Positions 28,946 to 53,805 of a stretch of 64,000 nucleotides of DNA are shown one piece after another; position 1 is the first letter of the stretch, and each line of letters begins with the position of its first letter. A model generated the notes under the pieces. It searched no databases. It saw only the letters and a program-made list of their open reading frames with translations, and was not told the DNA's origin. This DNA comes from Chrysomallon squamiferum (Eukaryota; Animalia; Mollusca): positions 9,734,001 to 9,798,000 of the forward strand of contig CM022665.1 in NCBI GenBank assembly GCA_012295275.1. Reading direction: 5' to 3'. The position numbers and the translations under genes are program-made.

Positions 28946-31900
28946 ATTTTAGAAATAAAAAATTATAGGAAGAAAACTTTCCATGGAATAAACCAGCATG
29001 GACTTAGTGATTCGGACCTCTGACACAGAAAAGCTGCTTGATTAAGAACTGCCGAGATAATGAAATATAATTTATATAATTGTATTTAATTACGTGCGTA
29101 TGCATGCATACTTATTGTATGATACATACATATGTATGCTTAGTTATTCATTTACTGATATATTTATAAGTAAACATGTTAATATTTGTTAATGTATTTA
29201 GAAGCAGTCACAACCAATCACAAAATATAAGAGCAATTTGAAATGAAGCTGTGCATTTAAAATAACAAAACACCGTGAACGTATTATTTTGTTACTAATT
29301 TATGGATGATGACTTATTGTACCTAATTAATAAACCTGTAAACACAATATGGTACACTATTTTATTGATTGTATCATTTAAACGAGTCCAGCAGATGTTC
29401 TGTATCGCAAATATTGTCATCCGGGTTTTGTTTTCATGATGACCAGATTCAAGTGTTACAGATAACAGATCATGTATCCGGTTTCCAGAAACTCGGTTTT
29501 AGAGAAGTATTAACATGTATTAAATTTGTTAAATACAGTTTCGTTCTTTCCTTTACATTGTTTATTTTAAAATTTAAACATGTATTAAGCCCTTAGTTCT
29601 GAAAACTGAAAAATCCAGAACTCCGGGCAATGTTCGTCCCGAGACTGACGGATAAATGGTCTGGTTTCTACATTTATTAAATACAACTGAATAACCATTT
29701 TTTTTTTTTTTTTTTTTTTTTTCAAAGATTTGTTTTTAAATTTTAATAAAATGGAAAACTAAAAATATTGCCGCGCGGTAGAAGATTATTAACAGAATAG
29801 TTTTATTTTTAAAAGTTCGTGAAGTTATAGGAGAGTAAGTAAAAAATAAGAAGAGAATTCGAAATTGAACTTGGGCCATATTCATGATTTTGAAAAAATG
29901 TTGTCAAGTAGTGACATAGACCGCCTTACGACTGAGCATCAGTATGTGACGTTTGTGAGGCCATAATGGGACAAAGGGGGCAGCTGCATTGGTCCCTTAA
30001 CTAGAGGGTCTCCCAAGACTCCGTTTATATACTTAATTATTAAAAAGAATAACCGTGGGTTAGGGTGGGTGCATCAGAAAATAGAAGTCAAGTGGTCCCA
30101 GGTCCCCCATTTCCGCTTGGATAATTCGATAAATTAGTAGCATCCTGAGAAAGATTAGTAATCAAAGTTAATAAAAAAATTATAATCACAAATGGATCTA
30201 TAAAACCATGATGATAATGATGCAAGAAATTTACTGATCCAAATCTAATGACTTCAGCAGCATATTTGCCAGGAACATGTTTTTGACTTGCTCTCATAAT
30301 TATGATGTTATGCATGTTACAGAGTGTGATTCATTATATACGTTTGTTGCTGTTCGTGGATAGAAACATGGAAAACTAAATCTTTTAGTGCAGTATGTTC
30401 AGTGGATATTTGAAAAAAAATAAAAACCGTCTAATTTGACGTACATAAGACAACAAAACTATTTGTAATTCTTCCATTTTCGAAAATTAAACAAAATAGT
30501 TGAAGGAAAATAATTTTTCCATTTTATTTATAGTTGAATAATTTTCTCCAGTTTTTTTTTTATCCTTGCAAAGTCTTTGACCAGATCCTCATAACCAGTC
30601 TTACGTAACACATCTGCTTCTGTACATAACAGAAATAAGGCATCCAGCCTGCCTTGTTGCATAGTTGTTCTATGGGGATTTTAAATATATTTCAACCGTG
30701 AAAATGAACGCTCAGCTGAGCAATTTGTATAACTTCCAATCTACGAGCACAGTGTACTTTATTTTGCAGGATAAACATGATGACACAAAAGAGAAAGCTT
30801 TCTGAAAAGAACTTACTCATATTTAATTAAATTTTGAAAATGGCTATGAATCTAATTTATTTAATAATTTAAATGCTAAATTTGGCTATGACAAATTTCT
30901 GAGGTGCCTCTCCTTCCCGTGATGCCCTAAGCACGTGCTTATTTAGCTTATAGGGTTAATCCACCACAGCATGCACACATACACAAAAAAAACCTACAAG
31001 AAAACAAACACATACCGCTGCTGATACAGCCGAGATAGGTGAAACCAATTAGCTTACTTAATTCCGTTCGGATCACCAGCTGTTTATAGCTAATTTATGG
31101 AGATCTATTGATTCAAAACCCAAATCTGCCTCGTGCAAAACATCGATTCTCTTCTGTAGGGAGCAAACTAGAATACACCGCAGTTCGACAGAATAACGTG
31201 AGAGAACGGAACTAACCATGCGGCGATAATTAAAAAATTCATGGGCGTAAAACAGTTTTGACAGTTTTCTTTTGCATGGTATAAAATAGACATACATAGC
31301 AAAAATGAGCATAGGATGTGTTTGGATGCAAGTAGAGAGATATCTGAATGACAAAAGGTTCTGTGCGTTAAAGAGGGAAAATTATCAGATAACCATTTAA
31401 ATCACATTGAAAATGAGAACAGTTTCGCATCGTTAAAGATTAGGAGAGGAACAGATAAAATTGTGCTTACGTTGAGAAAAACTGTTTAGAAAACTTATAT
31501 ATATATATTTTTATATTTTTAATAAAAATACAGAAAGTATTATTATCAGCGTCCAAAAAAAAAAATAAAAAATAATACAGCATAAAATCTGTCAGACAGC
31601 TGCTACGTAGATTTGGTGTGAAACGGAAAGAGTAGGAGAATACTAGCGTATGAGAGCACCACTTTTACCTAGATGAGATACGAGATATTTTCAACGGCTG
31701 GGAAGCTTTCAGAACTACACATTTACAGTTAAAAGATAAACTTGTTGAAATATGGAACCATGGAGGCAATACTGTGGGTGCCTATTGTTCGACCTTTATC
31801 TCATTCTTCTTAAAAACAGTCTTAGAGGAACGGGAGAAACATGCTTGATATAGCTGTATTTTCCGAAAGACTGGCTTTCACAATAAGGTGAAAATATGGA

Positions 31901-31954
31901 TACCACTTCTAGTTTTCGCCAGCAAGTTTTCATCTTGGCATTTATGGAAATAAT

Positions 31955-32987
31955 ATGTTTATTCTGATCATGAACTGTAAATACTTGCTGATTCTGTTCC
32001 TAGTCATGATGGCCTACATGGCTATCGGAGGTCTTGTTTTCAGTTTAATTGAGATTGGCAATGAGGAGAGGACAAAGAGTGCTCTCCGTAGCGGTCTGCG
32101 AGATTTTCTTAGTAAGTGGAAATCGTTAGTAGTCTTCGTGTAACGTATGAATAGCTGTAGTCACAGCACTGCTAATTGATGATTTTTAAATTGACGGAGT
32201 TTGAATATCACAGTTTCAGTCTATATTACACGATTAACTGGTTTAGAAACCACGTAATGGGATAGAGATATGTACTGAGCCATTAACAAGTAATTTATCT
32301 AATGTAGAAATTCCTTATATGACTCGTTTCATTCCCGGAAAGCCCTCTATTATTGCCTTCAGAATTTCACTTTCAAATAAAAGAATCATAATTAGTGCAA
32401 CAGTTAATCTGAAATACAAAAATCAAAAAAAAAATTAATTAATAAATTAATTAAAAACAAACTTAATAATGAATGAATGAATGAAATAATTTTAAAATAA
32501 ATTCAATACATTTTTAAAACATTTTTAAATAAATATATTTATTAAAAATAAAATTATAAAAATAATAATAAATAAACAAATAAATATATAAATAAATAAA
32601 TAATGTATCTATATCTTCTTGCAGGAAACCACAGCTGTGTAACTCTAGAAGACATAGATAAATTATTTCTTGTTGTTGGTGACGACATCAAATTGGCCCG
32701 CCTAAGCGTTCACAATGGCACCGTCAAATCAATGTGGGACTTCACTGGAGCGTCTGTTTTTGCTATGTCTGCAATTACCACGATAGGTGATTTTTTTGGT
32801 TGATTTTTTATCTTAGTCCTTTAGTATAGCAATACCTCAGAATAGATTTTCATATAATGTGATAATTTGTTTAAGAAATTTATTTATACATTATAGTATT
32901 ACACTTGTGTGTGTCTGCATGTATACTTGTATGCATGAATATCAGTATGTATGTATATTTGCGTTGATATATGCATTCAGTTAAATA

Positions 32988-33023
<36 letters not shown>

Positions 33024-36000
33024 TGTATGTATGTGTAATTTCCTAACTGTATTAGTAAAATATATCAGATACTTTGTTAATTTATTCGTTTTATTATTAA
33101 TACGTCAGTCGTCACAATGATCATCATCTCACTAGACACGATGTTTTTAAAAACATTAACAAAGGTTTAATTTAAGCACCTTTTTTCTTCTTCTTTTTCT
33201 TTCTGCTTCCCGGATTCGGGATCTTCCGCCTAAGTTTTTTTGGGGTAATTTAAGATTAGAAGGTTTATGCATTTTTCACTACAAGATCTCTTATGTCATC
33301 AAAAATAACACCAAATATGGTCATCATAAATCGCCATAATATCTGAGAAAAGTCTACTAAACATTATCCAAAGTTTAATTTAAATTATTTTATCTTTTTA
33401 TTTCTCCTAGCTGGAACGTTTGAAAACCAGACAATCCGTGGAGTTGTTAAAACTGTATTTATGTTAACAAAAAACCCAACCATAATTCATCTTCATCATC
33501 ACCATAAATGACAATCAAGGAGACGTTTAAAAAAAAAAAAAAAAAAAAAATAATAATAATAATAATAATTTAATTTACATGTTGTTATTTTCTCTAAACA
33601 GGATACGGCAATCTTGCGCCAAAAACGTCTTTAGGACAAGCAATTTGTGTAGTGTACGCTTTTATCGGCATACCTCTGATGATGATCCTTCTCAAGGAAA
33701 TCGGTGAAAAGCTGCACTGTGCTGCTGACAAAATTTACCACTACCAGTATTTCAAGAACGGTCAGTGTCAACAGAAGATGTTTAAGGGTATTCTGTTGTC
33801 TACACTGAGCTGCCTCATCGTGATCGGTCTGCCGGCGTACTTGTTTTCACACGCCGAGAACTGGACGATGAGTGAAGCAGTGTATTTCTGTTTCATCACT
33901 CTTTCTACCATCGGTTTTGGCGACTTCGTAGCAGCAGAGCGTAAGTATTTTTCAAAAGCTGATTTTCTCAGAATATTGGAATTCTGCTGATGTGGTTTAA
34001 TTTATAATTTTCTGTGGAGTTTAATAAAAATGTATAAAAAAAAAAAAAAAAAAATTAATTTCTTGTTGTCATTTTTGCCTTGTTTTCCTTTCTTTGCGTT
34101 TTTTTTTTTTTTTTTTTTTTTTTCTTTAAATTTATTTTCTTTCTTTCTCTTTAAGTTTTTATTCTTGTTCCCTCTTCTTCTTCTTCTTCTTCTTATTATT
34201 ATTATTATACTTTAAAATTCAGTAATAGAAAACAATGTTATTTTCGTTTTCGTCATTTATCAAGTACTACGACTATTTCATTGAAACCTCCTGTAATTAA
34301 CGATATTTACCATACATACATATTGCATTACTGTCTTTTTATTCTCACAAACAACAAAGTAACGACTTCTATAGAATCAATCTTTATCAGTAATGCTACA
34401 CTTACATTCTAAAGCTGTTAACAGTAAGTGTTTAATTACTCACAGCATTCTGATAAAACTGTATACATGAAGAAAATATAACGACGGCTTTCTCTTTCTC
34501 TTCAGGCTCCATTTTCTATTATTAATCTTCTTTTTACATTACTATAACACTATTAATTACTTTTCTTTAATTCTAAAGTTATCGTTTTGTATTTTGCTTA
34601 AAGCGCTGATTATAATACTAAAGACGTTCGTGGTTTTATTATTATTTTTATTATTTTATTTTTGTTGTTGTTGTTTTTGTTTTTTCCATTAATGTCATAA
34701 TGACCTACATTTTATTTAGTAATCTTACAGTGTCAGAGACTTTGTTTTATGTTTTACACCTTTGGTTTTCATTATATTTTGTCTGCAGTCACAATGAAAT
34801 TAAGTATGTTTTGCCTGCAGTTATAATAATATTCACTATATTTTGCTTGCAGTCACAATGAAATTAAATATTTTTTGCCTGCAGTTATAATGAAATACAA
34901 TATATTTTTGGTTCCAATGAAATTAAATATATTTTGGTTCCAATGAAATTAAAACCATAACGAAATTCCAACCATAACGAAATTAAATACTTAGCTTGCA
35001 ATCATAAATTCAATATATTTTGTCTATATTTACGGTAATATTGATTTTATTATGAAACCTACCACTCTATGATTTTCACTTTATACTGCAGCTTACAAAT
35101 CTAATGGGCCACAGGGTGATATTGGACGAACGTACAGGTGGTTTGTGTTTCTGTGGATCATAGTTGGTCTTTCTTTCCTGTCACTCGTCATCAGTTTGTT
35201 AACAAAACTTATTACTAATAAAGCCAGCTGTGCGGAACGGTTCACGAGAGAAACGTTAGAGGTATGTACTGTCTTGAGTTTCTACAGTAAGTAAGTCTTG
35301 TGTTATTAATTGATGAAGCGCTTACAGATAGCTAGAAAGATGTTATTAACATACACACATTGGATGTGTGTGTGTCTATATTTGTATGCACGTACGTGTT
35401 CGTGCAGAGACACAATGAAAGAAAAAAAAAAAAAAAATACTTTCGTAGAAAATGACATAGAGACAGAGAGACAGCCGAACGAAAAGTTATACAAAGAGGC
35501 ATCTTACAGAAAAAACCAAAACGATTGAGGGACAAATAGATGTACATCCATATAAGGAAACACAGAGACAGACAGACTGAAATTAATGGTATCTATTTAA
35601 AAATACTTTCATGCAAACAGAGATATAGATATACGAATAAATAGTAAAAGAGTAAGATCCACCTCCTACACAAAAATACCCAGATAAACAAATACAACTC
35701 TATCCATATAAGGAATCACACAGAGATACATACAGAAATTAATGATATCCATATAAGAAGACTTTCATACAGGCAGAAATAATTAGGAAGATAAAAGTAT
35801 TGATTGAGAAACAAACAGAAGGCTGCACAGGGAAAGGGATATATATACAGAAAGACAAAAAGGAAAGCATCTACAAAAAAAAAAAATATATATATATATA
35901 TATATAACGAACCAGTAAAATAGACAGACACACAGAGAGATAATAAGACAAGGAGACAGCAGAAAAAAATAAAACTTAAAAACGAATTCAGTGATGTCTG

Positions 36001-37055
36001 TAATATAAAATTATTGATATTTCTGGTAAATGTTTCATTTTAGGCGAACTCTTTTGAAGATTCAAGTTTTGTTTAATGTATACGAATGTGTCGAGTAATT
36101 TGCGAGTTCAGTAACTTTTCTAGAGCGTCTGCATCAGTTAATTACTATATTTTCACTGGTCTGGTAACTATGCAGTGTGTCCTGTTCACAATACTACCTG
36201 CACTTTAGGCATTTGTTATCAATCACATCTAGCTCTGTGCACGTTTATATACAATTCAGTGTACTGTTCGTATTAATTACTCGAATCTTGCTCTGTTAAC
36301 TTTGGTGGTAAATTATCTGGATAGTTTACGTGATAATTATACTTCACGGGAAGCTCGTGGGCTGCAGTGAATTCAATACGTCTGTTTGTTTTTGTGTCAA
36401 CACAAATACGAAATGAATCGATGAATGAATGACACCACGACACATTTTAATATTAATGGTTATTAACGGAAGCACCAAAATGTTTTTGTAAGATTAAATG
36501 AATAACAGACTAAATTTAAAGTCTTTGTTCGTAACTGTCAGTTATTCAAATTATGGTAAATTAGAAATGAATAAATGAATGCCTAGAATTAGCTCAATGT
36601 GTTTTAAAATGAACGATTTTAAACGGCAATTTAATTAGTTAAATGTGTAAATGCGTGCGTGATTCTTTTCATCACTATCAATACTGGCAAGTATTGATGG
36701 TGTAAGCTTTCTATAACAGTGGTATGTAAAAATGCTATAACAATATCTTTAACTCATTAACATCTTTTACTTGTTATATCTACGTGTGAAAATGAAATAA
36801 AATTACAGTTGTAATAGAAAACGTTTTCTTTTATTATAAACTGTTTTCGGAAACGTTAGATAACATTAATATTTTAACCTTTTGGAAATTTCTTCTTCTT
36901 TGGTCGAAATGTTTGGAAGAAATTAACTGTAGATTCCTTACAGTAAATGAACTTTGCTTAATGTATGTTTAGTGTGTTCCAAGTGATTTACAAGTAAAGA
37001 TGTTATTGTAAATTAATTATTGATACACTTAAGCAAACGAACTAGTTAATCACAC

Positions 37056-37112
<57 letters not shown>

Positions 37113-37594
37113 GATATCTGTAGTTGTAAATCACTTGGAACATACTATATAATGTTGATGCGTTTGAAAGCTGTATGTCACAAAAAATTTCAGAACAAGA
37201 TACTACCAATGTTATTACATCTGATTTTTATTTACTTTTTTTCTAGAACCAGATTGAAAAACTGAAGCATGAACTAGAAATAGCCAAGAAATCATATAGT
37301 TTTAATAGCGTCCACAATTCCAGTGAAAGAATGGATGAAGCTAATATACCTGAAGATGTGACGAATTCCAGTGTTACTTTGATTAACTTTACTCTGTTAA
37401 AAAGTAAGAATCAGAGCAAGTTAGACGTCGTTGCCAACAGGAATGACATCGAGGAAGGAAAATATTCTTGCAGTCTCAAGTCTGCAGATGAGTGTGAAGA
37501 TTTTAAAGATTCGAATTGTGTTATAGGGAAAAGAGATTCTATAAATGTTGTTTATTGTGAGACGGATAACACAGAAAACAAGATATATTTCTGA
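31955..37594 (+). CDS. Two-pore-domain potassium channel (K2P/KCNK, TREK/TALK-like), ~391 aa
   Basis: Phase-consistent exons 31955-32111, 32625-32786, 33602-33940, 35092-35261, 37247-37594. M1 YMAIGGLVFSLIE, cap NHSCV, pore 1 WDFTGASVFAMSAITTIGYG, M2 YAFIGIPL, pore 2 EAVYFCFITLSTIGFGDFVA, M4 YRWFVFLWIIVGL. Confidence 0.93.
34770..35010. repeat. ~32-bp degenerate tandem repeat in K2P intron 3
   Basis: TATTTTGCCTGCAGT(T/C)A(T/C)AATGAAATTAA-like unit repeated several times, decaying rightwards. Confidence 0.7.
36970..37147. repeat. 32-bp inverted repeat (3 mismatches) enclosing a (CA)n tract
   Basis: TAGTGTGTTCCAAGTGATTTACAAGTAAAGAT (36970-37001) pairs with ATCTGTAGTTGTAAATCACTTGGAACATACTA (37116-37147). 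Confidence 0.8.
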
Positions 37595-37907
37595 ATGCGA
37601 TGCAATGCAAACTGATTCAATACATACATCAGACTCTGCATATATCACAGAAACAAATGGGTCTTTAAAATACCTTATTCCTAGTGCACGCAAAACATTT
37701 TCTGGAAACGTATCTTCAATAGTGTTTGACAAAGAAACAGAAAAATTTTAGTTGTGTATCTTTGGAGAAAGGCAGCACTGAAAAATTATACCCCGAACAG
37801 CTCGACAAAATTAGTAAAACTGGAAGAAACACAGAATTAAAATCTTCTGACAAGGATTATCCTACCAACAGCAAAAACTGTCATTCTGTAAATTCAAATC
37901 TGTGATA

Positions 37908-38023
<116 letters not shown>

Positions 38024-39035
38024 TATATACATGTCTGTTAAAAAGGATTCATTTTCGGAGTAAAACTGCTGATTGTATTAAAACTATTTCTTATAGGAAA
38101 CAATTTTTACTTTGATATTTTGTAATATCTATTAAATCAAAAAGCAGCTGTTTTCTTGAAGCATTCTCGATTGATCTCGGAATTTAGCTCTTTCTTGTAA
38201 TCAAACGTGATATCGATACACTGTATATAAATTGTACGTGCACGCCAAGGAATTCTGTGCGTAGAAATAAGATTGCCATCACGATGCTCTGAACAGACTT
38301 CTGTTTCGAAGATGACCAGTTAATAAATGGATCATTGTTTTAAATGAATCACAGCGCTAAGACCTGGTCGTATTCTGAACAGAGCTTATTGCGTGTAGGA
38401 CTAATAAAGGATGACAGTTCAACCAAATCGTTCCAAGAATTGACCATTTCTAATTCTGTACATTTACGTCATCATCTCAGTATCTGAGAATGGACGACTG
38501 ATGTTTTACATTCTGAGGTAGTCGTGAAAACAAATATTATGGCGCCTCGAAGGTGTGCTAGGTCAGCTCATTGAATAACTGATCAAATCCTACTGCATAA
38601 CATTCAGTAACATTCAACATTATGTCCATCATCTCTCGTCAGTTACCTCACGTGATCTCGGAAGTCTAATTATCGTTCTTCTTGTGGCTACGATTAGGCA
38701 ACGTTCTTTATATATTCACAACATAACTCATTGAATGTTAGTTCATATTCTTTCTAACGTTTATAAAATATTTTTATTTACAATAAATATGTAACACAAA
38801 ATACATCTAGGGACTTAAAATACTGTTAAAAGTGAAAGTAGTATGTAAAATAAACTCAGTAATAATAGTAGCTATTGCATCCAATTTTATATTTTGTTTT
38901 TCTTTTCCCCCTGTCTCTTCTCGGTTTAACTCTTCTTTTTCTCTGTAAGATGAAAATTATGTCCACGATGATACTGCGTTATCTAATTTCGAAATCTAGA
39001 ACCGCTTCTAAAACAAAGCGTTTTTTTTTTTTTTT

Positions 39036-39082
<47 letters not shown>

Positions 39083-39222
39083 CTTTCTTTGTTTCTTCCC
39101 CTTTCCCCACTCTAGTTCTGTTATCATGTAACAAAAATATAATGTTTTGTATTTATTTATTACTTCGATTTATATTTGTTCATATTGTATTGTTTTTTCT
39201 TGTTTATTATTATTATTTTGTT

Positions 39223-46798
<7,576 letters not shown>

Positions 46799-46890
46799 CT
46801 TTCTTGTAAATCTGAAGAAAAAAAACACATTTAAATATATTTAAATTATTTGTGGTTAATACTTTGTTTACAGATATATTTTGTTAGATA

Positions 46891-46967
<77 letters not shown>

Positions 46968-47738
46968 GTCTGTGTGTATATATGTGTGCACACGACAAAC
47001 TACTAAGAATCAACAAAGATCATTATAATACAGCTATTAAATAATATGCGTCAGAAATAAAATCTATAACTACAGTAAGGTTAAATACCGAATACATCGT
47101 TATAACACAATAAACGTATTAAATACATTAAAAATAGAAAATATAAAACATATCAAGATAAACATCGGATAATATTTATGTCACACACGTTACTATAAAC
47201 CAAGCAATTATCTTTGTAAGATAATTAATAAAAAAAAAAACTAAATTAAATTATGTTATACATTAAAAATACAACTTGTCAGTGTATCAGTGATGAAGTT
47301 CGAAATATCCAAGTAATATAATTAATACATATGATACTTAAACAATACAAATTATAAACGTGTCGATGTTAAACACTGAACAGATCTCTAATATATATCA
47401 TACATGTAAATTGAAATACACAAACTGTAAGCGTTCTAAGGATGAATTTCTAACATGTCCAAGCAATGTAATTAATACAAGACATACCATTAGAAGTGCA
47501 AGTTACAGACCTAGCATGGTTACATACTAAATATATTACTGTGAATTAATTACTATAGGGCCTACATTATATTTCAACAAAACAAGATGTTAATGTACCA
47601 AGAACAGATACTGTAAATTATACTTACATATTTTCAGAAATTACAGTTTTTAAACGTAACAACAGTACATTTAAATACAATAAATACTATATGTATTTTT
47701 ATAATTTAATTAATGAATGCTGTAAAACATATGCCTAC

Positions 47739-47788
47739 CAGTAGCAGCAGAAAACAATATTTCTTCAATACTTGTCAAGATGAACTGA
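47739..47788 (-). promoter_or_regulatory. Possible non-coding first exon / initiator of gene A
   Basis: Minus-strand TCAGTT initiator-like motif (47788-47783) and donor CTG|GTAGGC at 47739/47738. The signal-peptide exon has an acceptor at 46813-46812, 13 nt before its ATG, so an upstream UTR exon is expected. Confidence 0.3.
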
Positions 47789-48292
47789 AATTTAAACCGT
47801 TCTGGACACGACACCTCGCTAATTACATTTTTTTTAATGTCTAACGGTCAGCGTGATGGATCGATCACTCAAATTCAATCGCAGTATTTACCTGTTAACA
47901 CTTTAGGTCAGTTAACGGGTCATTCATTATGTTAACGAATTTCTATTAATAATAATAACATGTAGTGGTGATCTCTGTCTGAAAGTTGTGAGATCGAGGC
48001 ACATTTGTTTCAAATTATTCCTTTAAGATGATCATATCTTCTAAAGTTATTGTATCACTGGCACTTTAGTTAGAAATAAGGCTGTTGCAGCGAAATATAT
48101 TACTGTTGCTATTACTATGCTGCTACTACTAACTTATGTTACCACTATCACTGCTGTTGCTGCTACTGCTGCCATTGTTACTATACTACTGCTCTACTAT
48201 TATTACTATTAACTGTTCCTAGTATGTCTACTATTACTACCAACGCTGTAATTTAATATTAGTACCTACCACAATTGCATAACAACAATAGC

Positions 48293-48341
<49 letters not shown>

Positions 48342-48623
48342 GGAAGTAAGGAAATATTTTAAGGTCGCAGTCAACACATTTTATTTACGGTTATATGGAT
48401 AAGGTTCGCTAAGATGACGAGAGAAAATCCTCTGTGCGATCTGCATTGGCCATCCTTTTTCAGTTAACAGCAATGATCTTTTACAGTCCCAGACAGGATA
48501 GCACATACCATGACATTTGTTACAGCAGCAGTGCAGCACTCGCTGAGACAAGAAATATCTTTATAGGTCTACCAAGAAGGGACGACCCGACAACCCTCCG
48601 TAGCCTGATCTAAGTCCCGTTCC
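48342..48623 (-). mobile_element. Degenerate tRNA-derived SINE (molluscan type)
   Basis: Blocks CAACACATTTTATTTACGGTTATATGG, CAGACAGGATAGCACATACCA and GCAGCACTCGCTG resemble a gastropod SINE family as I recall it. tRNA-like head at the right end (minus strand GGAACGGGACTTAGATCAG), simple-repeat tail to the left. Confidence 0.65.
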
Positions 48624-48697
48624 TTACTTTTGATATTATTATTACTGCTTGATTAATTATCAATTACGAAAGTCCGCCACTCCTTAAAAAAATTTAA

Positions 48698-48790
48698 AAA
48701 ATCTGAAATAGAAGAAAAAAACAAAAACAAAATCTGAAATAGAAGAAAAAAGGAAAACAAAATCTGAAATAGAAGTAAAAGAAAAACAAA
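48698..48790. repeat. ~30-bp tandem repeat, 3 copies
   Basis: AAAATCTGAAATAGAAG... occurs three times in tandem. Confidence 0.8.
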
Positions 48791-49666
48791 ATGGAAAGAA
48801 ATGTTTTATGAAAATATATAATAAGCACAATAATTTAAAAGATTTTTGTTCGTTAAAAAAGCAGACGAACTATTGAATAACGGAACATAAATAAAGCCGT
48901 ATGAGTCAGGTGCCCAAATCTTAATATGCAGTTATTTGTTGACGTATGGACTGAAGGAACAAGGAACATGGTGTGGCTTCCGTTTAAATTAACAGGAAAC
49001 GTCTGTACCGCTCCGGGGAGAGAACCCACGTCAGTATGAATACAGCCAATGACCGAAAACAACCTTTTAAACGTATATGTCTCCGTATTTGCGCTGTTTA
49101 CATAATAATCAGTTGTGGAGTCAAGTATGTGCTTCAACATTTATTTATTGCTTATTTCATTTAAGTTTTGTATTCTAATTTTACATTTATATTATCTTCT
49201 CTTTCCAGCACATTTGTTTTTTGTTTTTTTCAAGTTCTTATAAATGTCATTATTGTTATTATTTATTTATTTATTTATTTATTTATTATTGTTGTTGTTG
49301 TTATTGCTGCTGCTGCTCTTGTTGCTGGTCGTATGTGCGTATGTGTTTCTGTTCGTATGTGTGTATGTATATGATGTGTTTATGTGTCAGTGAGTGTTTA
49401 TTTATGCACACATGCAAGTGCATTTTCATAAACAATGGCAGTAAGTCTGTTGGCTTGAATATGAAGAATTAGATGTACATCTTGATTGATTGATTTATTC
49501 AAAATACGTGATACAATCAGATGCCTTATTTGACATATTTTTACACGCAACCTTGCATTTGTATTTTCTTTTACAATTCATACAACCACAGATACATCTT
49601 ATTTTTTTTTTTTTTAACCACATGCAAACTGCGTGTTCCTTATAGTTCCGAGTTCTTTATTGATGT

Positions 49667-49703
<37 letters not shown>

Positions 49704-49720
49704 AAGATGAATCGCCGCAA

Positions 49721-49860
49721 TATAAATAGATAGGTGATTACTCAGGCTAGACAGATTATAGCGTCAAATATATATATTGCATAGAGATCCTGTTCATAAC
49801 TACAGCTAACTTTTTAAACTTTCCTTTCACATCACACACCACTTAGTTTAAGCCGTGAAT
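49721..49860 (+). promoter_or_regulatory. TATA box and putative non-coding first exon of gene B
   Basis: TATAAATAG at 49721-49729, consensus donor GTAAGT at 49861, acceptor TTTCAG at 50432 one nt before the ATG. Confidence 0.45.
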
Positions 49861-50056
49861 GTAAGTACTTTTTTAAATTTGTTGATAATTTAAAAAATAA
49901 AAAAAAAAAATAAAAAAAATTATTTTTATTATTTAAAATAGTCAAAAATAAGTTTTGTTCGTTTTTTGTTGGATATGTATTTATGTATGTATGTATGTAT
50001 GTCCGTATGTATGTGTTTATATTTACATATATTAGCATTCTATATCAGTAATTTAT

Positions 50057-50142
<86 letters not shown>

Positions 50143-50433
50143 TTATCTCTCTATTTATCTATCTTATATATAATGTCGTAATCAAAGACAAATGTCCCAA
50201 CGATCATGTTATCCTGTTCTCATACTTTATTATCAACAAAAATTGGTTGCCTTTATAACTGAAATATTAATGGGAACATATACAAAATACGTTTGGACGA
50301 TTAAAACATACCTTTTTTTGTTGTTGTTCTTGCAAACAATATATTTTGCTTAATTAAAAAAGTAAAGCTCTAAGACAGCTGAATCATTATATATTTATAG
50401 CAGTGGTGATAATAACAACATTTTTATTTCAGA

Positions 50434-53805
<3,372 letters not shown>

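Noticed and set aside
29940-30970. GC-richer patches upstream of the K2P gene as ncRNA or exons
   Set aside because: They look like decayed MITE fragments; no recognisable RNA gene structure, paired termini or spliceable ORF.
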